64,000 nucleotides of DNA, taken from the NCBI GenBank assembly GCA_965213625.1, contig CBDBZU010000004.1, positions 3,648,001 to 3,712,000 on the forward strand, in the 5' to 3' direction. Shown here piece after piece: positions 28,545-39,882 of the stretch. The notes under the pieces are model-generated. The model was not told where the DNA came from and did no database searches. It saw only the letters and a program-made list of their open reading frames with translations. Made by a program: the position numbers and the translations under genes. The stretch's first letter is position 1. The number at the start of each line of letters is the position of its first letter. The stretch is from a bacterium (GTDB lineage Bacteria; UBA8248).

Positions 28545-28706
28545 ACTCCCCCCTTGAGGGGGAGTCAGTGAACTGAGGGCGTAAGCCCGAAAGTGAACTG
28601 GTGGGGGGTATGATTCGGAATGGCAAGAAAACGCATTTTACCCCCCACCGATTCAGCCTTCGCATAAACCGCTCGGCTTCATCGACTCCCCCTCAAGGGG
28701 GGAGTG
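28545..28706. repeat. ~160-bp REP/REPIN-like element, copy 2 (IS-free allele)
   Basis: Near-identical to 22457-22610; intact terminal GACTCCCCCTCAAGGGGGGAGT. Confidence 0.85.
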
Positions 28707-28746
28707 AACTTCAAAAGTGTGCATGCAACCAAAATCGCTCCCCGGA

Positions 28747-28816
28747 GCCTTTTCAACAACCCCGACAAGGGGGGTTGGGGGGGTACTCCCTTGACAAAGG
28801 CTTTTTCAACAACCCC
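28747..28816. repeat. Two orphan IS1182-like right terminal repeats
   Basis: CTTTTCAACAACCCC ending at 28763 and GGCTTTTTCAACAACCCC ending at 28816. Confidence 0.65.
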
Positions 28817-28944
28817 ATATACGTCCCCTGCGAACCGTTAGAAAAAACAGGGCGGACACATTCGGGCTTCGCTTCCTCAGCAAAGCCCGACACCCCTACA
28901 GTAGAATCCCCACATCATCCGTAAATCCACTGTAATGGCACAAC

Positions 28945-30138
28945 TCAGGAGATGGACGAACCCTCGGGTTGTTCTTCTATCGGCGCGTCGGTGGTGAGGC
29001 GCTTTTTCGCAGTGGGCGCATAGCCGCCGCCCGCCATGGTGGAGGCGATTTCCAGAATCTCGACCATCGATTCTGGCATTCCCGAGGGATAGGCCTCGTC
29101 GGGACACTTGCTGTTTGTCATGTAGGCGCACGGCTTGCACTCGATGCAGCGGATGACCTCTCCATCGCGCGCTTCGAGCGCCTTGTTCGCATAGTCCGGG
29201 TCCGTGAGCAGGGCGCGCCCCACGCCGACGAAATCGGCGCCCCCATCGAGATACGCCTGAATCCGCGCAGGCTCGAAGGCGGCCCCGTTCGCAACGAGGG
29301 GGACCTCCACCGCCTTTCGCAGACTGTCGAAAGCGGGGTTGTACAAATCGGGCATGACGGGCAGACCCACGCGCGCGTTTCGCGAACAATGGAGAATATC
29401 GACCCCCGCCTCCACGAGCGCAGGCGCAAGTGCCAGCGTATCCTCCACCGTGAAGCCGTTCTCGAAAGGCTCCAGGAGTCCCAGGCGGTAGCTCACCACC
29501 ATCTCGTCGCCCCCGCCCTCGCGCACCGCCTGCGCCACTTCGAGCGGAAAGCGCATGCGGTTCTCAAGCGAGCCGCCGTAACCATCCGTCCGCCGGTTCG
29601 AAGCGGGCGAGAAGAACTGCTGGCACAGATACCAGGTGGCCCCGTGAATCTCGATGATTTTACCGCCCGCCTCGCGCACCCGCCGCGCCGCGTCGCCATA
29701 GGCCCGGACGGCGGTTTTGATGTCCGCCTCGCTCATCTCGCGCGGCACCTCATCCTCGGTGGGATGCGGGACGGGAGAAGGCCCCACCGGCTCCACCCCC
29801 GTGATGGCGCTGAGCGCCGTTCTGCCCGCGTGATAAATCTGAACGGCAAGCGGCGCGCCCGCCACTTCCACCGCCTGGATCAGTTCGCCAAGGGCGGGGA
29901 CGAGCGCGTCGTCGTGCGTGCCGAGCTGGTTGGGAAAGCCCTTGCCCTCCTGGTTGACGTAGGTCGCTTCTGAGAAGCAAATCGCAGAGCCTCCACGGGC
30001 GCGGGCCTTGTAGTGCGCGTGCGACCAGGCGGATGGCGCGCCGTCCTCTTCTGCGCGCGAGGTCGTCATCGCGGACATAAGAATGCGGTGTTTGATGCGC
30101 TGACCGCGAACTTCGATGGGATCCGTAAATTTCGCCAT
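28945..30138 (-). CDS. NADH:flavin oxidoreductase (old yellow enzyme family)
   Basis: QIYHAGR, EIHGA, NRRTDGYGGSLENRMRF, GRALL. Confidence 0.9.
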   Translation of the reverse strand: MAKFTDPIEVRGQRIKHRILMSAMTTSRAEEDGAPSAWSHAHYKARARGGSAICFSEATYVNQEGKGFPNQLGTHDDALVPALGELIQAVEVAGAPLAVQIYHAGRTALSAITGVEPVGPSPVPHPTEDEVPREMSEADIKTAVRAYGDAARRVREAGGKIIEIHGATWYLCQQFFSPASNRRTDGYGGSLENRMRFPLEVAQAVREGGGDEMVVSYRLGLLEPFENGFTVEDTLALAPALVEAGVDILHCSRNARVGLPVMPDLYNPAFDSLRKAVEVPLVANGAAFEPARIQAYLDGGADFVGVGRALLTDPDYANKALEARDGEVIRCIECKPCAYMTNSKCPDEAYPSGMPESMVEILEIASTMAGGGYAPTAKKRLTTDAPIEEQPEGSSIS

Positions 30139-30255
30139 TTCGAGAGTTCTCCCGTAAATCGACATATAAATACCATCGCGGCGAGCACAGCCGCGCCCGC
30201 CGCGATGCGATCTGAAAATCAGGAGGGCGGAAACTGCGCCCGCTCCCCGTTCGTA

Positions 30256-31050
30256 TTAGTTTCTCGCCAGAAATTCCTCGATGTCGCGCAAGGATTCCTC
30301 GAAGCACTGGATGAGGAAGAAGTGGCTCGCCTCCTCGTAAATCTTGATCTCACAACCCGGCACGCGGTCGGCAATCTCCTGCGAGGCGCTCGCCGCGCAA
30401 AGCACGTCCTGCCCGCCCGCGAAAACCTTCGTCGGGCACTTGACCTCGTGCAGCCTGTCGAGCGCGTCGTGCGTGAGACAGGCGTGGGTGGAATGCACGT
30501 AGCCGGGGATGGGGCGATCCGTATCGCCGAGCCCCGCCTCGAACGCGTCGAGTTGTTCCTTGTTCTCGTTGAAATATTGAGGCGGGAAAAAGAAGAGCGA
30601 CTGGTGCATGGCGGCAGGCCCGTAGCCCTGGGCCTTCACCACCTCGTTGATGTTGTAGAGGATCTGGTAGCCGTATCTGTCCAGCTTGCCGAATGAGGCG
30701 GTGATGAGGAGGCTCCGCACGCGGTCGGGATAGTCGAGCGCCATCATCTGTGCGATGGCTCCCCCCATCGAGCGGCCGATGACGTGAGCGGGCTCGGTGA
30801 TGCCCACCGCGTCCATCAAGCCGATGGTGTCGGCCGCGAAATGGCTCGACGTATATGGATAATCGGGCGCGGAACTCCTGCCCGCCCCGCGATTGTCGAA
30901 GGCCAGCACACGGTAGTTCTTCTCCAGGCTCGCGATTTGCGCCTTCCACGCGCTGCAATCGCCCGCGAGGCCGTGGATGAGAACCACGGGCACGCCTTCC
31001 CCGTATTCCTCATAGTAAAGCTCTACATCACCCACCTGAACTTTCGGCAT
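30256..31050 (-). CDS. Alpha/beta hydrolase (RutD / enol-lactonase-like)
   Basis: DNRGAGRS, GRSMGG, ASH. Confidence 0.85.
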   Translation of the reverse strand: MPKVQVGDVELYYEEYGEGVPVVLIHGLAGDCSAWKAQIASLEKNYRVLAFDNRGAGRSSAPDYPYTSSHFAADTIGLMDAVGITEPAHVIGRSMGGAIAQMMALDYPDRVRSLLITASFGKLDRYGYQILYNINEVVKAQGYGPAAMHQSLFFFPPQYFNENKEQLDAFEAGLGDTDRPIPGYVHSTHACLTHDALDRLHEVKCPTKVFAGGQDVLCAASASQEIADRVPGCEIKIYEEASHFFLIQCFEESLRDIEEFLARN

Positions 31051-31158
31051 CTTGTAAATCCTCGTCAGTTAAGAGTCAAAAGCCGCTATTCGACCGCTTG
31101 CGGCTGCTACAGCCTACTGGTGAGACATTGGAAACGCTCTATATCGAGCGCGGGGAAA

Positions 31159-31896
31159 TCAGCTCTTCTTGCCTTCGGCGCCCTCGGCCACCTTGTCCAT
31201 GAACTCCTCGTTGTCGAACACCCAGCCGAGGCAGCGCATGACGTTCTGCATCCCGAAGACGTGCAGGTCGGGCCCGTACATGCTCTTCACGCAATCGGAG
31301 AGCATCACCACCCGGTAGTCGTAGTTGAAGGCGGTGAAGGCGGTGTTCAAAACGCACGTGTTCGTGTTGATGCCCATGAGGCAGACGTTCTTCGTGCCCA
31401 GCGAGTCCAGGAGCATCTGGAGGTCCGTTCCCATGAAGCAGTCGAGGCGCTTCTTGTTGTCGATGACGTAATCGCCCTCTTCCACGAGAGAGGGAATCAT
31501 CTCCGTCGTCACCTCGCCCATGATGTTGTGGTCGTTCACCGTGCTCTTGCGGCCAAGCGTCAAGCGGTTCTTCTCGTCCTGAATATCGTGGAGCGCCTTC
31601 CAGAAGTGGACCCGCATGCCCTCGCTTCCGAGGCCGGGAATTTTCCGGAAGATGAGCTTCACGTGGACGACGGGAATTCCGTGGCTTCTGGCGAAACCGA
31701 GGAGTTCCTCCGCGGCGCCGATGACGCTCTCGCAATCCTCGTCACTCGCCGGCATGGTGGCGACTTCGGGGTCGAGGTGGCCCCGGTGCATGTCGATGGT
31801 GACGATGGTGGTCTCTTTCGGGTCGAGCGAAATCATTTCCTTCAACTGATCCGTCATTTCCGAGCGATCGAGAATCTCTACTTGTTGCGCAGCCAT
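31159..31896 (-). CDS. Isochorismatase-family cysteine hydrolase
   Basis: TIDMH (Asp), KKR (Lys), GINTNTCV (Cys). Confidence 0.88.
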   Translation of the reverse strand: MAAQQVEILDRSEMTDQLKEMISLDPKETTIVTIDMHRGHLDPEVATMPASDEDCESVIGAAEELLGFARSHGIPVVHVKLIFRKIPGLGSEGMRVHFWKALHDIQDEKNRLTLGRKSTVNDHNIMGEVTTEMIPSLVEEGDYVIDNKKRLDCFMGTDLQMLLDSLGTKNVCLMGINTNTCVLNTAFTAFNYDYRVVMLSDCVKSMYGPDLHVFGMQNVMRCLGWVFDNEEFMDKVAEGAEGKKS

Positions 31897-32018
31897 GGCA
31901 CCATCCCCTCTTCTTGAGAATAGATGTACAGGTTCCTGTCGAATGCTCCTAGCATATTACATATCGCCGGGATTGAAAACGGGGGGATGAGCGGACTCGG
32001 GGGGAGGCGCTAACCAAC

Positions 32019-32047
32019 AAAAAAGGCTCCCCACGCGGGGGAGCCTC
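32019..32047 (-). terminator. Rho-independent terminator of the sdh operon
   Basis: GGCTCCCC-loop-GGGGAGCC with an A run on the + strand (U tract on -). Confidence 0.75.
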
Positions 32048-32070
32048 TTGAGAACCGTATTGGTTGCGGC

Positions 32071-32816
32071 CTAGTCGCCCCTCACGGTCGCGCGGATGAA
32101 CTCGCGGTTCATCTTGGCGATGTGGCTGATGCTGATGTCCTTGGGGCACATGGCCTCGCACTCGGCGTGGTTGGTGCAGTTGCCGAAACCCTCTTCATCC
32201 ATCCGGGCGACCATGTCGAGCACCCTCTGGCCGCGCTCGGGGACTCCTTGGGGCAGGTGCGCCAAGTGGGAGACTTTCGCCGCCACGAAGAGCATCGCCG
32301 AGCCGTTCGGGCACGACGCCGCGCAGGCGCCGCAGCCGATGCAGGCGGCCGCGTCCATGGCGGCGTCCGCGTCGGGCTTGGGGATGGGGACAGCGTTGCC
32401 GTCCGGCGCGCCGCCCGTATTCGCGGAGATGAAGCCCCCCGCCTGGATGATGCGGTCGAACGATGTGCGGTCGACCACCAGATCCCTGATGACCGGGAAG
32501 GCGCTCGCGCGCCAGGGCTCGATGGTGATGGTGTCGCCGTCGTTGAATTTCCTCATGTGAAGCTGGCAGGTGGTCGTTCCGTCGAAACCCCCGTGCGCCC
32601 TTCCGTTGATGACCAGCGAGCACATGCCGCAGATTCCCTCGCGGCAATCGTGGTCGAAAGCAATGGGCTCCTTGCCCTCCTCGATGAGACGCTCGTTCGT
32701 CACGTCGAGCATTTCCAGGAAAGACATATCCGGGATGATGCCGCTCACCTGATAGGATTCGAGCCTGCCCGTCGACTGCCCGTCTTTTTGCCGCCATACC
32801 CTGAGGGTGAGGTCCA

Positions 32817-32817
<1 letters not shown>
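32071..32817 (-). CDS. sdhB: Succinate dehydrogenase/fumarate reductase Fe-S subunit
   Basis: [34 protein letters not shown]. Confidence 0.95.
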
Positions 32818-34742
<1,925 letters not shown>

Positions 34743-34766
34743 ACCCTTCTCCTCACCAAGGGAGAA

Positions 34767-35444
34767 CTATTTCAACACACCCGCCAATACGGCCAGCGGT
34801 ATCGACATGAAGCCCAGGGCGACGAGCACGCCGCTCCAGGGACCCAGCCGTTTGATAATCGGGTTGTAAGAGGGATTGTTTATCCCAAGCGACTGGAACA
34901 GACTCGTTACGCCGTGGCTCAGATGAAGCCCCAGGAGAATCATCGAAACCAGATACACGCCCGACACCGCGGTGTTCCTGAATCCGATAATCACCATCCT
35001 GTAGACGTCGTGGCGGCCCTGCGCGTCGTGCAACTGGGCGAATTCGGGGTTCGTGGCGAAGAGCGTGAAATGAAGCAGATGATAGGCGGCGAAGGCCAGA
35101 ACCAGAGCGCCCGTCAACACGATGGAGCGGCCCGCATAGGTGACCACAGTGGAATCGGAGACGGCGTAGGCCTCCGGCCGGGCCGCATTGTTCAGACGCC
35201 AAAGGCGCAGGGCCGAGCCGATGTGCACCAGGAACACGACCAGCAGGCCGATTCGCGCCACCCACAGCATAGCGCCCAGGTCCTTCAAGCCCTTGGCGTA
35301 GGCGTTCGTCGCCTCGGGACCTGCGAACATCAGCAGGTTGCCGAGCAGGTGACCGATGATGAACAAGACCAAAAGAATACCGGTGACGGCCATGGCGACC
35401 TTGGCGCCGATGGATGATTGCAGGACTTTCGCAAACCGGCCCAT
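34767..35444 (-). CDS. sdhC: Succinate dehydrogenase cytochrome b subunit (single five-helix type)
   Basis: MAVTG, GHLLGN, VHI, YHLLHF, LHLSHG. Confidence 0.9.
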   Translation of the reverse strand: MGRFAKVLQSSIGAKVAMAVTGILLVLFIIGHLLGNLLMFAGPEATNAYAKGLKDLGAMLWVARIGLLVVFLVHIGSALRLWRLNNAARPEAYAVSDSTVVTYAGRSIVLTGALVLAFAAYHLLHFTLFATNPEFAQLHDAQGRHDVYRMVIIGFRNTAVSGVYLVSMILLGLHLSHGVTSLFQSLGINNPSYNPIIKRLGPWSGVLVALGFMSIPLAVLAGVLK

Positions 35445-35668
35445 CAAATTGCTCCCCCAAAAGCAAAAAATCTCGAATTCGAGAGGGTTGATTCGTCTAA
35501 TCGGGTGGCAATGTATAGATTCATGCACGCATGGTCAACCGCATTTCGAAAAATCCTCTGTTTTGGATCGGCGCCCTTTTCACCCCGTGGATTATCATCA
35601 ATTTTTACGATATTTTAGTTCGATATCGCCTGATTTTCCGACGACCGACTTCGAGAAGGAATGCCCAG

Positions 35669-36715
35669 ATGCTAAACGGCGACGTATTCGTTTTCGACAA
35701 CGTGGTTCACATGTACGACCTGTCGGATGAGAACCTCGCGCGTCCGGACAGCGGGCTCGATCGCCTCTGGCACCTGCGGATCGGCAAGGGAAGGCGCCCC
35801 GCGGGCCAGGAAGACATTTACGCGGGTGGAGACCCAATCGGCGGGTTCGCCAAGAAATGGACTTCGCGTGAGCTCGGCAAGCTCGTCTTTGAGGATTCTC
35901 AGACCGACATGGCCATGGCGCAGGCGGTCGTGCTCTACGACGTCTACAAGGAGGGCTTCTCCCCCGTTCAGGCGCAATACGAATTCGCAAAGGCGCATCC
36001 GGAGCGCGTCCTGTTCTGCGGCGGTGTGGACCCCAAGTACCCGAGCGTTCAGGGCGCGCTCGAGGAACTGGAGCGCCAGGTGACAGAGATGGACGCGCGC
36101 TCGATGAAATTCTACAACGCCCACATCGACGGGAATTCCTGGCGATGCGACGACCCCGAACTCGCCTATCCGATATACGAAAAAGGACGCGAACTGGGGA
36201 TCAACGTATTCCAGTACCATAAGGGCTTTCCCATCACCCGCGCGCGACTCGAAGACCTGACGCCGCTCGACATCCAACAGGCGGCCATGGATTTCCCCGA
36301 CCTCACCTTCGCCATCCACCACCTCGCGCTGCCCTACTTCGAGGAATGCGTCTACATCGCGGCGCGCTTCGAGAACGTCGTGCTCGTCCTCTCGGGCACG
36401 ATGCACCTGCCCCTCGTCGCGCCCTGGCAGTTCAAGGAGTACATGGGCAGGCTCTTGCGCGACGTGGGTTCGGAGCGAGTCCTCTGGGGTTCGGAAGCGC
36501 CGCTGCTGGGCAACCCCCAGCCCATGATCGAGTGGTTCTGGGAGATGGAGATTGACGAGGAATTACAGGATCGATACGGCTACCCCCCCATCACGGAACA
36601 GGACAAGCGCAACATACTGGGCGAGAACCAGGCGCGGCTCTTCGGAATCGACGTGGAAGCGAAGAAGAAAAAACTCGGTTGGTCGCTTGAGCACGAAGCG
36701 AGTCGGGGTTGTTGA
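35669..36715 (+). CDS. Amidohydrolase family 2 protein
   Basis: DNVVH, YHKG, AMDFPDLTFAIHH, VLWGSE, NILGEN. The stop codon lies inside the MITE left TIR. Confidence 0.85.
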   Translation: MLNGDVFVFDNVVHMYDLSDENLARPDSGLDRLWHLRIGKGRRPAGQEDIYAGGDPIGGFAKKWTSRELGKLVFEDSQTDMAMAQAVVLYDVYKEGFSPVQAQYEFAKAHPERVLFCGGVDPKYPSVQGALEELERQVTEMDARSMKFYNAHIDGNSWRCDDPELAYPIYEKGRELGINVFQYHKGFPITRARLEDLTPLDIQQAAMDFPDLTFAIHHLALPYFEECVYIAARFENVVLVLSGTMHLPLVAPWQFKEYMGRLLRDVGSERVLWGSEAPLLGNPQPMIEWFWEMEIDEELQDRYGYPPITEQDKRNILGENQARLFGIDVEAKKKKLGWSLEHEASRGC

Positions 36716-36916
36716 AAAAGCCAACATGATCGCGTTTGACGCAAAGAGTGTGGCGAATGGAGTTGATTTTGTAGGGGTCGCATATATGCGACCCGGTCAG
36801 TTTGCGGCATGTGGGCCGCATAATATGTCAGACATATATGTCTGACCTACACACCCTCCGGCAAAGCCGTATCCCGTCGCCGTTATACCGGCATTGCAGG
36901 GTTTTTCAACAACCCC
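36705..36916. mobile_element. MITE-like element with IS1182-type ends carrying GTAG-type REP palindromes
   Basis: GGGGTTGTTGAAAAAGCC ... GGGTTTTTCAACAACCCC; internal GTAGGGGTCGCATATATGCGACCC and GTCAGACATATATGTCTGACCTAC. Confidence 0.7.
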
Positions 36917-36951
36917 TTCACAGGGGGGTAAAGACGATGTCCCCCCGACGA

Positions 36952-38471
36952 GGGTCTGTTGAAAAACCCGGTGTTGGAAGCGGGCGTTTTGGCGGCTCAC
37001 GCGGCGGCGGGGAGGCAGCCCAATTGGCGCGTGAGGGCGCCATGTGCGCGCAGCCGGCGTCTCCGGGCGGCACAGGCCGTCCAGAGGGCGAATATACGCG
37101 CCGCAAAAGCGGCGGCCAGCCGCTTGAGGTTCACCGCTATCGCCGTCAGGTAGGACTGGATCCGCATGTTCGCAAGGCCCCGGCGCACCGCCCGCCCCAG
37201 TCCGTGCCGGCTCTTCGCCTCGCCGTGGTAGCCCTCCGAGCGCCAACGGTGGCGGCCATAGAGACGCTTCTCCTCCTCCCCCCAGCGCGCATGCCGCCGA
37301 CGCGCGCGCAACAGCGCCGGATACGCGTTGGGAATCAACACCGCCTTGCTCGTTTGCGACTTCGACAGACAATCGGACCTGAGCGCGCAGCCCGCGCAAT
37401 CCCGCGTCTTCGATACATAGGAGCGCCCCCGCTCCGTCGCCTGCCGGGGGCGCAGCGTCTTGCCTCCCGGACACTTCACCACCTCGTTGCGCGCGTCGTA
37501 GTGGAACAACTGCAGCGGAACACGGCTCTGGCTGGGTTCCTTCTTCGCTGGTATCAGCGCTTCCACGCCCCGCCGCTCCAATTCGCCATAAACCTTCGAG
37601 TACGCGTAGCCCGAATCCGCCGTCACCATCTCCGGCGCGCGGCCCGACAACTCGCTTACCGCCTCTATATGGGACGCCATCATCTCACGCTCGTTCCGCG
37701 TCCCCTCCGTCACCGACACGTCGAGAACAACACCCCGCTCATCGTCCACCGCCGCGTGCTGCTTGTAGCTCGGCTCGAACCCCGCCCGCGCGCTCTTGCG
37801 CGCAAGCCGCGCGTCCGGGTCCGTCCGGCTCACCGGACCCCCGCCACCGCGGCCTCCTCCCTTCTTCCCGACCTCATCATCGACGGGATTCTCCTGAATC
37901 ACCTTCTCCGCGTGGTGCGCCGCCAGGCTCTCCCAGCTCACGTCCGCGCGTATCAACGAGGCGTCCACGTGCACCACTTCCCCCTTCGCCACATTCGCCT
38001 CCAGGCAAGCCTGCACCGTGCGACGGAATATCTCCTTGAACCGTGCCTCCCCCCAGCGCTGACGTATCCGCGTCAGGCTCGAATGATGCGGCAACTCCTC
38101 GTGCAGCCCGTACCCGATGAACCACCGGATCGCCAGGTGCGCACGCGCCTCGCGAAGCAGGCGACGGTCGTGAACGTAGCCCAGCAACATACCCGCCAGC
38201 ATCAAGCGGAGCGCCACCTCCGGGTCGATCCCCGGTCGACCGTTATCCGCGCAATAGCAATCCGCCACCTCCTCCCGTAGCCAGCTCAAATCCAGTACGC
38301 GGTCCACGCGCATCAGGACGTGATCCTCGGGGATCAACCGTTCCAGCGAACCGGCCACGAACAAATCCATCTGCTCGCGCCCCTTGCTGCCTATCATCGA
38401 GGGAACTCCCATCTCGGGCGAGATAGTGTCATTACACCCAATCACAATGCCGGGGGTTTTTCAACAGCCCC
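36952..38471 (-). mobile_element. IS1182-family insertion sequence, copy B (1520 bp)
   Basis: Same TIRs as copy A, in the opposite orientation; 5-bp target duplication GACGA. Confidence 0.9.
36997..38397 (-). CDS. IS1182-family DDE transposase, copy B
   Basis: Nearly identical to 22685..24085. Confidence 0.9.
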   Translation of the reverse strand: MIGSKGREQMDLFVAGSLERLIPEDHVLMRVDRVLDLSWLREEVADCYCADNGRPGIDPEVALRLMLAGMLLGYVHDRRLLREARAHLAIRWFIGYGLHEELPHHSSLTRIRQRWGEARFKEIFRRTVQACLEANVAKGEVVHVDASLIRADVSWESLAAHHAEKVIQENPVDDEVGKKGGGRGGGGPVSRTDPDARLARKSARAGFEPSYKQHAAVDDERGVVLDVSVTEGTRNEREMMASHIEAVSELSGRAPEMVTADSGYAYSKVYGELERRGVEALIPAKKEPSQSRVPLQLFHYDARNEVVKCPGGKTLRPRQATERGRSYVSKTRDCAGCALRSDCLSKSQTSKAVLIPNAYPALLRARRRHARWGEEEKRLYGRHRWRSEGYHGEAKSRHGLGRAVRRGLANMRIQSYLTAIAVNLKRLAAAFAARIFALWTACAARRRRLRAHGALTRQLGCLPAAA

Positions 38472-38499
38472 GACGAGGGGGTGTTTGACGCGATCGGGA

Positions 38500-38620
38500 T
38501 GTAGGGACAACCCTCCGTGGTTGTCCTACGTCAGGACAGGCGCAGGGGCCTGTCCGCTACGGTGAACAATTCGATGATCGGGATTCCCTCCCCCATCGGA
38601 AGGGCTTTTTCAACAACCCC
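38500..38620. repeat. GTAG-type REP pair plus an IS1182-like right TIR
   Basis: GTAGGGACAACC...GGTTGTCC and GGACAGGC...GCCTGTCCGCTAC; GGGCTTTTTCAACAACCCC ends at 38620. Confidence 0.65.
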
Positions 38621-38751
38621 GCGTCGGGCGGCGCGGCGGTCGATTTCACGGGGTTTCGGATTGACCCTCGCCGTTTTCTGAGCGAGGATGAGCCGGACGA
38701 CAAACAACTATTTCAGACAAATCCAAAAGAATAAGGAATGGAGGGTTTTCC

Positions 38752-39882
38752 ATGCAGCCACCCTATGACGGTGAAAAATTAGACCGCCTCATGCAGGACG
38801 CAGGCGTCGACCTCGTTCTGGCCAATACGCGGGAAAACGTGCGTTATCTGTGCGGGGGCTACTACTTTCACTTCCACGAGAGGTTCACGGCCATCGGACG
38901 CGGCCAGTACATGGCGCTGGCGGGCATCCCGCGCGGCGACTCCGAAAAATCGTTCCTGATCGGCGGGGGCGGCGAACTCGGACAGGCGCAGGACCAGAAC
39001 CTCTGGATACCAGAACTCATCCCTTCGGGGAGATATCCGGCGGAAGCCGCGGCGAACGCCGCACAAGCCATCTCCGAGCGCGGACTGGGGAACGGCACTA
39101 TCGCCGTGGAGGGCAACTTCCTGCCCGCCCTCGCAAAGGATGCGCTCCTGAGCGAACTGCCGAACGCGACGTTCGTGGAAGCGCTGCCGATTCTGGAAGA
39201 GCTTCGCGCCATCAAGACGCCAGAGGAGATCGAAATCTACCGGCGCATCTCCCAGTCGGACGCGGAAGCCATTCGCGACGCGTTCGAGACGGCCGCGCCC
39301 GGCGCCACGACGCGCGACGTCGCCCACGCCGTCGAGCGGGGCATGACGGACAGGGGGCTGCACTTCCTGTGGGTCTTCGCCTGCGCGGGTCCGGGCATGC
39401 TGCGCGCCCCGTCCGAAAAGGTATGGGAAAAGGGAGAGATCCTGCATTTGGACGCGGGCGGCTCCCAATCCGACTACCTGACCGACATCTGCCGGATGGG
39501 CGTTCGCGGCGAACCAACGCCCTTGGCCGATGAACTCTACAAGGCATGCCTGGGGACGCAGGATCACGTGCGCGCGGAGATTCGTCCCGGCGCGGTGTGC
39601 GGCGACATCTACGAGAAAGGCACGACATATCTCAAGAACACCGACCACGGCGAGCACGGCAACTTCATCATCCACGGCATCGGCATGGTCTCCCACGAGC
39701 AGCCCTATTTCGGCCCCGGCGTGGAGAGAACACTCGAAGAGGGCATGGTGGTGTCGATAGAGACCGACATCCGCCATCCCGAGGTGGGCTACGTGAAGGT
39801 GGAAGACGCCGTGGCGGTGACGGCGGACGGCTACGAGCCCCTGGGCGACCTGGGACGTGAGGACTGGGTGGTCGTCGACTGA
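38752..39882 (+). CDS. M24 (Xaa-Pro peptidase-like) hydrolase, paralog 1
   Basis: LRAIKTPEE, LDAGG...TD, HGIGMVSHEQP, SIETD, KVED. Confidence 0.88.
   Translation: MQPPYDGEKLDRLMQDAGVDLVLANTRENVRYLCGGYYFHFHERFTAIGRGQYMALAGIPRGDSEKSFLIGGGGELGQAQDQNLWIPELIPSGRYPAEAAANAAQAISERGLGNGTIAVEGNFLPALAKDALLSELPNATFVEALPILEELRAIKTPEEIEIYRRISQSDAEAIRDAFETAAPGATTRDVAHAVERGMTDRGLHFLWVFACAGPGMLRAPSEKVWEKGEILHLDAGGSQSDYLTDICRMGVRGEPTPLADELYKACLGTQDHVRAEIRPGAVCGDIYEKGTTYLKNTDHGEHGNFIIHGIGMVSHEQPYFGPGVERTLEEGMVVSIETDIRHPEVGYVKVEDAVAVTADGYEPLGDLGREDWVVVD

Noticed and set aside
22457-28816. Repeated palindromic DNA as a CRISPR array
   Set aside because: Copies are dispersed, with no regular repeat-spacer period and no cas genes.
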